NCBI GenBank assembly: GCA_964461905.1 | Contig: CAYWVI010000003.1 | Coordinates: forward strand, 1 to 63,536 | Origin: an uncultured Rhizobium sp. | GTDB taxonomy: Bacteria; Pseudomonadota; Alphaproteobacteria; Rickettsiales; UBA1997 | DNA: 63,536 nt | Direction of reading: 5' to 3' | Part shown: piece after piece, positions 8,493 to 17,805 of the stretch | Layout: the number at the start of each line of letters is the position of its first letter | How positions within the stretch are numbered: the first letter of the stretch is position 1 | Position numbers and translations under genes: made by a program | The notes under the pieces: model-generated | Database searches by the model: none | The model's input: the letters and a program-made list of their open reading frames with translations, nothing else | Told to the model about the DNA's origin: nothing

Positions 8493-9752
8493 ATGTTAGA
8501 CATTAAATGGATTCGCGAAAATCCTGAGCTTTTCGACGCTGCAATGCAAAAACGTGGCGCAGAATTTCGTGCAGCAGAAATTTTAAAACTTGACGAAGAA
8601 AAGCGTAAAAAAACTTCTTTAATTCAAGAGTTGCAAGCCAAGAGAAATAAGTTGGTGCAAGAGGTTGCGGTTTTGAAAAGATCTGGCGGAGATGCTTCAA
8701 AAATTTTTGAAGAATCAAAAAAAATAAATGTTGAATTAGCTGCTGCTGAAAATGATTTTTTTGTTGATGAAAAATTGAACACGCTTTTGGCGGTAATTCC
8801 CAATGTTCCAAACGATTCAGTTCCTGTTGGAAAAGACGAAAACGAAAATGTTGAAATTGAAAAATTTGGCGAGCCAGCAAAATTTTCTTTCACAGCAAAA
8901 CCGCACGACGAACTTGGCGAAAAGCTTGGAATGCTTGATTTTGAGCAATCTTCGCAAATGTCGGGTGCGCGTTTTTCAACTTTAAGCGGACAGTTGGCTC
9001 GTTTGGAGCGCGCACTTTCTAACTTCATGCTTGATGTTGCGCTTGAAAATGGCTACACCGAAGTTTCGCCGCCAAATTTGGTGCGCGACAACGCCATGTT
9101 TAATTCGGGGCAATTACCAAAATTTTCGGAAGAGGCTTTTGTAACTACAAATGGTTACTGGTTAATTCCAACTTCAGAAGTTTCTTTGGTGAATTTGGTG
9201 GCTAAAAAAACGCTGAATGAATCGCAACTGCCAATTCGCTACACGGCTTTTACGCCTTGTTTTAGAAGCGAAGCGGGATCAGCAGGAAAAGACACAAAAG
9301 GTTTAATTCGTCAGCATCAATTTAAAAAAGTTGAGTTGGTTTCAATCACTTCGGCCGAAACTTCTGACGCTGAACATGAAAGAATGACTAACATTTCTTG
9401 CGAAATTTTGCGTCGCCTAAATTTGCCTTTCCGCAAAATTTTGCTGTGCAGCGGCGACATGGGTTTTGCATCACAAAAAACTTACGATTTAGAAGTTTGG
9501 TTGCCGAGCCAAAATAAATATCGTGAAATTTCTAGCTGTTCAAATTGCGGCGATTTTCAAGCCAGACGCGGCGCGATAAAATATAAAAACGCAGAAGGAA
9601 AATCTGTTTTTGCCCACACTTTAAACGGATCAGCCTTGGCGGTGGGTCGCACACTTTTGGCGGTAATGGAAAATTATCAAAACCAAGATGGCTCAATTAA
9701 CGTGCCAGAGGCTTTGGTGAATTACATGAATGGTGTAAATATTATAAAATAA
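8493..9752 (+). CDS. serS: Seryl-tRNA synthetase; start corrected to MLDIKWIREN at 8493
   Basis: MLDIKWIREN, LIPTSEV, FRSEAGSAG, RQHQFKKVE, YREISSCSNC, HTLNGSALAVGR. Confidence 0.97.
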   Translation: MLDIKWIRENPELFDAAMQKRGAEFRAAEILKLDEEKRKKTSLIQELQAKRNKLVQEVAVLKRSGGDASKIFEESKKINVELAAAENDFFVDEKLNTLLAVIPNVPNDSVPVGKDENENVEIEKFGEPAKFSFTAKPHDELGEKLGMLDFEQSSQMSGARFSTLSGQLARLERALSNFMLDVALENGYTEVSPPNLVRDNAMFNSGQLPKFSEEAFVTTNGYWLIPTSEVSLVNLVAKKTLNESQLPIRYTAFTPCFRSEAGSAGKDTKGLIRQHQFKKVELVSITSAETSDAEHERMTNISCEILRRLNLPFRKILLCSGDMGFASQKTYDLEVWLPSQNKYREISSCSNCGDFQARRGAIKYKNAEGKSVFAHTLNGSALAVGRTLLAVMENYQNQDGSINVPEALVNYMNGVNIIK

Positions 9753-10134
9753 TAGATTTCATCATTTTGACTGGGTCTAAAATAATGAATAATATTTGGG
9801 CAGATTTTTTCCAAAGAAAACCAGCGCTGGACTGGGTTTGAAACCCAGTCCACAAGTTCATTTTTGTCAGATTCTGTTTTAGTTCTAAGCATTAGTTATT
9901 TTAGATAATTTTACATGAACGTGAGAACGGGATTGCAAATCCCGTCCTGCTCTAGTCTAAATATTATAAAATAATAGATTTCATCATTTTGACTGGGTCC
10001 CAGCGCTGGACTGGGTTTGAAACCCAGTCCACAAGTTCATTTTTGTCAGATTCTGTTTTAGTTCTAAGCATTAGTTATTTTAGATAATTTTACATGAACG
10101 TGAGAACGGGATTGCAAATCCCGTCCTGCTCTAG
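9736..10134. repeat. Tandem duplication containing a 135-bp REPIN-like double-hairpin element
   Basis: 9736-9777 equals 9958-9999 (42 bp) and 9821-9955 equals 10000-10134 (135 bp). Each 135-mer has hairpins GGACTGGG-tttgaaa-CCCAGTCC and ACGGGATT-gc-AAATCCCGT. Confidence 0.92.
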
Positions 10135-10287
10135 GGTGAAATCCGAGAATTATCACCCCATCGAATGACGGGGTCTAAAACATTGAATAATCTCTAGGTA
10201 GATTTTCTTTAGAAAACTGCTTGCTAAATTCGATCTCACTCATATTTTGCTCGCTCTTTTTCTTACTTACCAAACTAATTTAATAAA

Positions 10288-10557
10288 ATGGCTAATACCA
10301 AATCAGCACAGAAAGCACTTCGCGGCAGCATTGCAAAAAATGTAGTAAACACTGCAAGAAAAAGCAGAATTAAAACTTTTATTAGAAAAGTTGAAGATGC
10401 AATCAAATCAAATGATGAACCAAAAGCTCGTGAAGCCTTCAAAGCTCTTGAGCCAGAAATTATGCGTGGTGTAACTAAAAAAGTTTACAAACTAAACACT
10501 GCCTCAAGAAAATTAACTAGAATCGCATCAGCAATTCGTAAAATTAACGCTAAATAA
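10288..10557 (+). CDS. rpsT: 30S ribosomal protein S20
   Basis: MANTKSAQKA...KSRIKTFIRK...HKNTASRK-like motif (KLNTASRK). Confidence 0.96.
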   Translation: MANTKSAQKALRGSIAKNVVNTARKSRIKTFIRKVEDAIKSNDEPKAREAFKALEPEIMRGVTKKVYKLNTASRKLTRIASAIRKINAK

Positions 10558-10563
10558 TTTTAG

Positions 10564-10613
10564 CCCCTTTAGCCCTTTTTTATTAAAAAAACTTAGGGCT
10601 AAAGGGGTTTTTT
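10564..10613 (+). terminator. Intrinsic terminator after rpsT
   Basis: CCCCTTTAGCCCT...AGGGCTAAAGGGG followed by a T run. Confidence 0.8.
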
Positions 10614-10627
10614 ATTTTTATTTCCTC

Positions 10628-11524
10628 ATGCTTTCAAAATTTCGCTCTCTGTTTAGTAACGTCAAAATCGACTTCATGAAGCCTCATAAATTGGCATTAG
10701 TAATGTCGGTTGTATGCATAATTGGCTCAATAGCATTGGTTTTAGTAAAAGGCTTAAATTTTGGGATTGATTTTGCTGGAGGAATTTTAATTGAAGCCAG
10801 AATCGAAGGCGATTTTGATGTAGCAAAAATTCGTGAAGTAGTAAGTGCAGAAATTAAGGATGTGCAAATTCAAAATATCGATCAAAAAGATTTATTGATC
10901 CGCGTTGCTAAAACTGATGAAGAACAATTGGTTGTGGTAAAAAAAATCCAAGAAATTTTAGCTGCTAACTTTTCGAATATTGAATATCGCAAAGTAGATT
11001 ACGTTGGTCCACAAGTTGGTTCTGAGTTAATTAAAAAAGGACTTTTGGCATTGTTTATGTCGTTCTTATTTATCATGATCTACATCTGGATTCGTTTTGA
11101 TTGGCAATTTGGAATTGGTGGTATTTTTGCTTTATTTCATGATGCGGTGCTAACTTTAGGGTTTTTTTCAATTACTGGTTTAGAATTTAATCTAACTTCA
11201 ATTGCTGCAATTCTTACAATCATTGGTTATTCAATAAATGACTCAGTAGTAATTTATGATCGTATTCGTGAAAATTTACGCCGTTATAAAAAAATGAATT
11301 TAGCTGATCTTATTAACTCTAGCACTAACTCAACATTAAGCAGAACAGTTTTAACTTCGGGGGTTACTTTAGTTTCTCTTTTAGCTTTAATGATTTACGG
11401 CGGAGAGGCTTTATACAGCTTTAGTACAGCAACTTTTGTTGGAATTTTAATTGGAACTTACTCGTCGATTTATATTTCAGCTCCAATTCTGCTCTATTTT
11501 GATCCAAGAAAAAAGGAAGAATAA
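10628..11524 (+). CDS. secF: Protein translocase subunit SecF
   Basis: GLNFGIDFAGG, VGPQVG, GYSINDSVVIYDRIREN, TLSRT, GTYSSIYI. Confidence 0.96.
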   Translation: MLSKFRSLFSNVKIDFMKPHKLALVMSVVCIIGSIALVLVKGLNFGIDFAGGILIEARIEGDFDVAKIREVVSAEIKDVQIQNIDQKDLLIRVAKTDEEQLVVVKKIQEILAANFSNIEYRKVDYVGPQVGSELIKKGLLALFMSFLFIMIYIWIRFDWQFGIGGIFALFHDAVLTLGFFSITGLEFNLTSIAAILTIIGYSINDSVVIYDRIRENLRRYKKMNLADLINSSTNSTLSRTVLTSGVTLVSLLALMIYGGEALYSFSTATFVGILIGTYSSIYISAPILLYFDPRKKEE

Positions 11525-11532
11525 AAAAATTA

Positions 11533-11623
11533 GTCCTTTATCCCTTCTGGATACAAAAACGCGACATGCGTCGCCACCGCCTTGCGGGGATCCACTTCCC
11601 GTATGTCAATGAGACACGGCGGG
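11533..11623. repeat. Palindromic intergenic repeat, copy 1 (MITE/REP-like)
   Basis: GC-rich island between convergent secF and the SH3 gene; homologous to the reverse complement of 26251-26322 (GTC.TTTATC...TGGATACAAAAA..CGCGACA...GCCTTGCG). Confidence 0.75.
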
Positions 11624-11628
11624 AAAAA

Positions 11629-12096
11629 TTATTCATCAGATCCAAAAACTTCACTTTTTTGTACCCAGCCTTTTTTGTTATTTATCTTAATTCCGCACCA
11701 ATCTTTTGAACATTTTAAATAATCGCCAATCACGTTATTTTCTAGGCGAAAAATAATACGTGATTTTTCATTATCTTTGCGATGCATGTTGATAAAACTT
11801 TTTTTGGTTTGAACCAAAAGAGTACGTTTTTTTGTCAGCAAACTTTGACTTACCCAACCAGTTTGACCTTCATAATCTTCAATCTCATTCCAATTATCAT
11901 ATTCGTTAATCACACGAACTGGCACGCCACGTAATTTAAAAGTAAATTTAATTGGATAATTTTGACCCGGACCAGCACGAACATTGGTTTCATTTGCGCG
12001 TAAAGAGGCAAAATAATTTACTTCGGTGATTGTGCGTGAGGCAAAAGCCGAGTTTGCAAAAAAGAATAATGAAATAAAAATTAAGATTTTTTTCAT
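11629..12096 (-). CDS. Bacterial SH3 domain protein (SH3_4 type) with signal peptide
   Basis: FASLRANETNVRAGPG, WNEIEDYEGQTGWV, KKGWV. Confidence 0.85.
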   Translation of the reverse strand: MKKILIFISLFFFANSAFASRTITEVNYFASLRANETNVRAGPGQNYPIKFTFKLRGVPVRVINEYDNWNEIEDYEGQTGWVSQSLLTKKRTLLVQTKKSFINMHRKDNEKSRIIFRLENNVIGDYLKCSKDWCGIKINNKKGWVQKSEVFGSDE

Positions 12097-13442
12097 TTTT
12101 TATTTTTTGATTTTTCTTGATGAAATTTCAAACCACCTTGAGCAATTGCAATTTGTTTAGCGCGTGCAACAGCTAAATCATTTTCTACAACATTTTTTGT
12201 AATCACGCTGCCAGCACCAATAACTGCACCATCGCCAATCTCAACTGGCGCAACTAAAGCTGTGTTTGAACCAACAAAAACTTTTTTACCAATTTTGGTT
12301 TTAAATTTATTGTAGCCGTCGTAATTACAAGTGATTGTACCTGCGCCAATATTGCTTTCGTCGCCAATTTCAGAATCACCAATGTAACTTAAATGATTAA
12401 CTTTTGCGCCGCGTTTTATTTGCGATTTTTTAACTTCAACAAAATTGCCAATACGTGCATTTTCTTCAATTTTAGTTTCGGGGCGAATTCTGGCAAAAGG
12501 CCCAACAACTACACCTGAAGCAATTTCAGCACCTTCAATATGTGAAAATGATTTTATCTCAACATCTTTGGCAATTTTAACTTTGGATCCAAAAACAACA
12601 TTTGGATGAATTATAACGTCATTGGCAATTTCGGTGTCAAAAGCGAAATAAACTGAAGACGGATTGGGCATGCTCACGCCTAAATCAAGCATTTTACGAC
12701 GAATTTGATTTTGTTTTATTTCTTCAACTTTAGCTAATTCAAAGCGAGAATTAACTCCTAAAACCTCAGAAATTTCAGTTTTAATAAAAGTGCGTTTTAA
12801 CCCCATTTCACCAGCAATTCCAACAATGTCGGTTAAATAAAATTCGCCTGCAGCATTTTCATTTTTTACTTTTGCAAGCAAGGTGACAATTTTTGAGCCA
12901 TCAACTGCCACAACGCCAGAGTTACAAAGGGCAATTTTTTTTTCTTCTTCTGAGGCATCTTTAAATTCAACAATTTTTTCAAGATGACCTTCCAAATTAA
13001 CAACCAAGCGACCATAAGCGTTTTCTGACTCTTCTTCAAATCCCAAAATGCAAAGCGAAAAGTTTGCAAGTTTTTCAACCATTTTTTCTAGGGTAAAACG
13101 CGAGGTCAGGGGAGTGTCGCCATAAAGAATCAAAAGTTTTTCACCAAGGTTTTTAACTTCTTTTAACCCAGTTTCAACTGCGTGTGCTGTGCCTTTGCGT
13201 TCTTTTTGTAAAACAAAAGAAATTTTTGTTTCAGTGTGAGCGGCAATAATTTTTTCTTCAAAATTTTTCATTTCTTCTGAAACAACAATCGTGATGTTTT
13301 GTGGTTTTAAAGATTTAGCCTCATCAATCACCAAATTCAGCATTTCTCGCCCCGCCACTTTATGCATAACTTTTGGCAAATCTGATTTCATGCGCGTGCC
13401 TTTTCCAGCAGCAAGAATAATGATAGAAAGATTATTGGACAT
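12093..13442 (-). CDS. glmU: Bifunctional UDP-GlcNAc pyrophosphorylase / glucosamine-1-phosphate acetyltransferase
   Basis: ILAAGKGTRMKS, EFYLTD, hexapeptide repeats, NIGAGTITCNYDG. Confidence 0.97.
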   Translation of the reverse strand: MSNNLSIIILAAGKGTRMKSDLPKVMHKVAGREMLNLVIDEAKSLKPQNITIVVSEEMKNFEEKIIAAHTETKISFVLQKERKGTAHAVETGLKEVKNLGEKLLILYGDTPLTSRFTLEKMVEKLANFSLCILGFEEESENAYGRLVVNLEGHLEKIVEFKDASEEEKKIALCNSGVVAVDGSKIVTLLAKVKNENAAGEFYLTDIVGIAGEMGLKRTFIKTEISEVLGVNSRFELAKVEEIKQNQIRRKMLDLGVSMPNPSSVYFAFDTEIANDVIIHPNVVFGSKVKIAKDVEIKSFSHIEGAEIASGVVVGPFARIRPETKIEENARIGNFVEVKKSQIKRGAKVNHLSYIGDSEIGDESNIGAGTITCNYDGYNKFKTKIGKKVFVGSNTALVAPVEIGDGAVIGAGSVITKNVVENDLAVARAKQIAIAQGGLKFHQEKSKNKK

Positions 13443-13462
13443 TTCGTTATTTGGGAAAAATT

Positions 13463-13502
13463 AAAAAAAGGGTTCGATTTTTTTAAAAACCGAACCCTTT
13501 TT
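13463..13502 (-). terminator. Bidirectional-type terminator after ilvC
   Basis: AAAAAAAGGGTTCG...CGAACCCTTTTT. Confidence 0.75.
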
Positions 13503-13505
13503 CAA

Positions 13506-14537
<1,032 letters not shown>

Positions 14538-14572
14538 TTAGATTGAAAAAATGTGGTGTAAAAGGGGCAAAA

Positions 14573-14600
14573 AAGATATTGGGGCAATTGCACTTGTCAA
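14573..14600 (-). promoter_or_regulatory. Candidate sigma70 promoter of ilvC
   Basis: On the minus strand TTGACA-N16-TATCTT, about 48 nt upstream of the start codon. Confidence 0.4.
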
Positions 14601-14635
14601 GCAAGACATGAGCTGATGAAAAGAAGAGGCAACAA

Positions 14636-14670
14636 AAAGAAAAAGGAGCGGAATTTTATAATTCCGCCCC
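14636..14670 (-). terminator. Intrinsic terminator after the SulP-CA gene
   Basis: GCGGAATT-ttat-AATTCCGC stem; T-rich tail on the minus strand. Confidence 0.65.
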
Positions 14671-14693
14671 CTTAAAAAAATTATTGAAAAAAA

Positions 14694-16622
14694 TTATTTT
14701 TTTACAGCGTCATAAAAATCCACAACACCAGTAGAAACATTATACATTCCACTGATGATGGCAATTTTACCTTTTTGATGAAGCTCGTGAATAATTTTAC
14801 TTTCTTTGGTGATTTGTTTTACAACCATTTCAACGTTTATTGAGGCAACTTTTTCAACAAAATCTAGCTCTTGAAATTCAGATTTTGTTTTGATGAGTTT
14901 TGCTGCTTTTATTGAAGGTTTTATTTTCTTTAAAAGACCAGTGAGTTTTCCCATCTCAACATGACTGCAAGCTCCTTTTATTGCTCCGCAGCCACTGTGA
15001 CCAAGAACCATTATTACTTTTGCCCCAGCAACTTTACAGGCAAATTCCATGCTTCCTAAAATGTCGTCATTTAAAACATTTCCAGCAATACGACAGCTAA
15101 AAATATCGCCTAATCCTTGGTCAAAAACCAACTCAGCAGAAGTGCGTGAATCAATACAACTTAAGATAAAAGCAAATGGGTGTTGTTGATCAGAAGTTTC
15201 GTTGACTTGCTGCAAAAGATTACGATTGAGTTTTAGATTATTAACAAAGCGTTTATTGCCTTCTTTTAATAATTTTACAGCTTTTGCAGGGCTCATTGAA
15301 TCGCGAACTTCTTTTGTTAAAGCAGAAACTTCTTGATGCTCAGAATTTTGCAAAATGTTGCGTGCATGATAGTTATTGCGCAAAACAAAGAATGTTGCAA
15401 ATCCCATGCCAATTCCAACTCCTTTAAGTAAGTCAAAATATAACATGCCAATAATTGTTGCTATGAAAGGGATAAAATTTTCTCTTCCAAGTAAATACAC
15501 TTCTTTAAAAATTGATGGTTTTGCCAATTTATAACCAACCATCAAAAGAACGCAGGCAAGAGTTGCTAACGGAATCATGTTTAATAATCCCGGAATTGTT
15601 ATTGCTGATATTAACAGTAAAAATCCGTGAGAAATTGTAGAAAGTTTAGTTTTGGCTCCAAAAGAAATATTTGCGCTAGAACGTGCAATTACTTGTGTGA
15701 TTGGCAAACCGCCAATTAAACCTGAAACAATATTTCCTAAACCTTGGGCTTTTAATTCACGATTAGTTGGTGTGATTCGTTTTTGTGGATCAAGTTTATC
15801 AGCTGCTTCAACGCAAAGCAAAGTTTCAATACTGGCGATAATTGCCATTACCAAAGCCATTACATAAATTTGTGGATTTGTAATTTGTGAAAAATCAGGA
15901 ATTGTAAATTGTCCTAAAAACTCACCAACATTGCTTGTAACAGGAATTTTTACAATTTGAGTTTCGTGCAAAGATAAAAATTGAGCTAAAACAATACCAA
16001 CAACAACAGCAACTAACGGGCTTGGAATTGCTGCAAATAATTTATGTTTTTTAGATAAAATGGCATCCCATAAAATTAAAATTAGCATTGATACAAGAGC
16101 AATTATAACAGCGTTTGGTGTTATGTAATTCAGCATGTGAGATAGTTCAGAAAATGTATTAGTGCTATCAAGATTTTCAAAACCAAAGTCATTTTTAAAT
16201 TCCAAATTATATCCAATTGCATGAGGAATTTGTTTTAAAATAATGATTAAACCAATGCCTGTAAGCATTCCTTTAATAACTGATTCAGGAAAGTAACGTG
16301 CAATTGAACCAAGTTTTAAGTAGCCCGCAATAACTTGAATTACACCTGAAATAACGACGGCTAAAAGGAATGCTTCCCAAGATCCAAGAGTTGCTAAATA
16401 TCCTAAAACAATAACAGCTAAACCAGCCGCAGGTCCAGAAACGCCAAGTGGAGAACCACTAGCAGCACCAACAACAATACCACCAATAATTCCAGCAATA
16501 ATTCCAGAAAATAATGGTGCACCTGATGCTAAAGCAATTCCAAGGCACAAAGGAAGCGCGACGAAGAAAACCACAAGACTTGCAGGCAAATCTTGCTTAA
16601 AGTGAGAGAAGAATTTTTTCAT
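14694..16622 (-). CDS. SulP-family anion transporter fused directly to a beta-carbonic anhydrase (no STAS domain)
   Basis: DLPASLVVFFVALPLCLGIA.ASG, GPAAGL, RSSANI; C-terminal LSCIDSR, RIAGN, GHSGCGA. Confidence 0.92.
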   Translation of the reverse strand: MKKFFSHFKQDLPASLVVFFVALPLCLGIALASGAPLFSGIIAGIIGGIVVGAASGSPLGVSGPAAGLAVIVLGYLATLGSWEAFLLAVVISGVIQVIAGYLKLGSIARYFPESVIKGMLTGIGLIIILKQIPHAIGYNLEFKNDFGFENLDSTNTFSELSHMLNYITPNAVIIALVSMLILILWDAILSKKHKLFAAIPSPLVAVVVGIVLAQFLSLHETQIVKIPVTSNVGEFLGQFTIPDFSQITNPQIYVMALVMAIIASIETLLCVEAADKLDPQKRITPTNRELKAQGLGNIVSGLIGGLPITQVIARSSANISFGAKTKLSTISHGFLLLISAITIPGLLNMIPLATLACVLLMVGYKLAKPSIFKEVYLLGRENFIPFIATIIGMLYFDLLKGVGIGMGFATFFVLRNNYHARNILQNSEHQEVSALTKEVRDSMSPAKAVKLLKEGNKRFVNNLKLNRNLLQQVNETSDQQHPFAFILSCIDSRTSAELVFDQGLGDIFSCRIAGNVLNDDILGSMEFACKVAGAKVIMVLGHSGCGAIKGACSHVEMGKLTGLLKKIKPSIKAAKLIKTKSEFQELDFVEKVASINVEMVVKQITKESKIIHELHQKGKIAIISGMYNVSTGVVDFYDAVKK

Positions 16623-16680
16623 GATTTTATCTTTAGTTATTAATTTTTAGTAAGTTCTAGCAAAGAAATATTTTAGAACT

Positions 16681-16971
16681 CTAAACATTTGGAGGAGATG
16701 TTAAAACCAAAGCGTTGTAGGGTAAAAGAATATCTTCATTTTGATGAAGATATTGAAATAGATTAATGGATAAATTCAAACTAACTTCAGAGTTGTTCAA
16801 AACTTGCCAATTTGATGATTTTAAATTTTCATCTTCTCCAAACTTTTTATTTTCCTCTTCAGCAAAGATGATTTTTTTTAACAAATAAGTTGAAGAACAT
16901 GAGGTTTGTAAACCGATAATCAGGGTTAATCCAATCGCGGCTAAAATTATCTTTTGAAAAAAATGAGACAT
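16681..16971 (-). CDS. Small membrane-anchored protein ending LTSPPNV; probable start at 16971
   Basis: Open frame with N-terminal hydrophobic segment (IILAAIGLTLIIGLQTSC) and acidic patch; same strand, between tauE and SulP-CA. Confidence 0.55.
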   Translation of the reverse strand: MSHFFQKIILAAIGLTLIIGLQTSCSSTYLLKKIIFAEEENKKFGEDENLKSSNWQVLNNSEVSLNLSINLFQYLHQNEDILLPYNALVLTSPPNV

Positions 16972-17035
16972 GCTTTTTATTAAAAATCTAAGTTGGTGGA
17001 TAGTTAAATAGTTAATTCTTTTTTTCAATTGTTGC

Positions 17036-17752
17036 TTACCAAAGTTTAGACAAAAACTTTAATCCAGCTAAGAATGTTATTAGCAAAATTGCTCTTTTTA
17101 AAAAGAGATCACTAATTGCAAGATGTACTTTATGCCCAAGTTTAATGGCAATAAAAACTGGAATTATTACCCACCATATTTTAGCAAAAAAATCTAATTT
17201 AATTTGTCCTTGTATTCCTAACTGAAATATTCTGACAAAGTTAAAAAAGGCAAAATATGCTGCCATTGTTGTGCGTAATTCAGATTTATTTTTAAAATCT
17301 TTTTGTATGGCACTAATTACAAATGGCCCTCCAATTCCAAATGCTCCGTGAGAAATTCCGCCAATAAAAAGTAGTTTGTTTTTTAAGATTTTTGGCAAAT
17401 TAAATTTATCAAAAAATACGCTTTTAATGGTGATCAAAATTAGTAAAATTCCAAGAGCAATTGATAAGGTTTGTTGATTGAGAATGCTAAAAATAAATAC
17501 GCCAGAAATAGTTCCAATTAAACAAATCGGAAGAATTGTTAGAAAGATTTTTTTATTAAAAGCTTTGTGATCGGTATAAATTATGTAGCTGCTAGAACAG
17601 GTGCCAATGTAAAGACCAGCTAAGATCATTTCTTTTACATTCATGAAAAATCCGAGGATGGCATAAGCAATTAAACCACCGCCAGTTCCGATGATGCTTT
17701 CAACAAAAAATCCCAAAGAAAAACTTGTTGCGATTAAGAGTGCTAATGACAT
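17036..17752 (-). CDS. Sulfite exporter TauE/SafE family membrane protein
   Basis: About 8 TM segments with a repeated G.GGG / GIGGP motif. Confidence 0.85.
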   Translation of the reverse strand: MSLALLIATSFSLGFFVESIIGTGGGLIAYAILGFFMNVKEMILAGLYIGTCSSSYIIYTDHKAFNKKIFLTILPICLIGTISGVFIFSILNQQTLSIALGILLILITIKSVFFDKFNLPKILKNKLLFIGGISHGAFGIGGPFVISAIQKDFKNKSELRTTMAAYFAFFNFVRIFQLGIQGQIKLDFFAKIWWVIIPVFIAIKLGHKVHLAISDLFLKRAILLITFLAGLKFLSKLW

Positions 17753-17805
17753 TTTATTTATGTGTGTTTTTAAGTCCTAACTACTTCCCAGAAAAAATAA
17801 TCTCA

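Noticed and set aside
9736-10134. CRISPR array
   Set aside because: Only two long units with identical internal spacers, and no cas genes.
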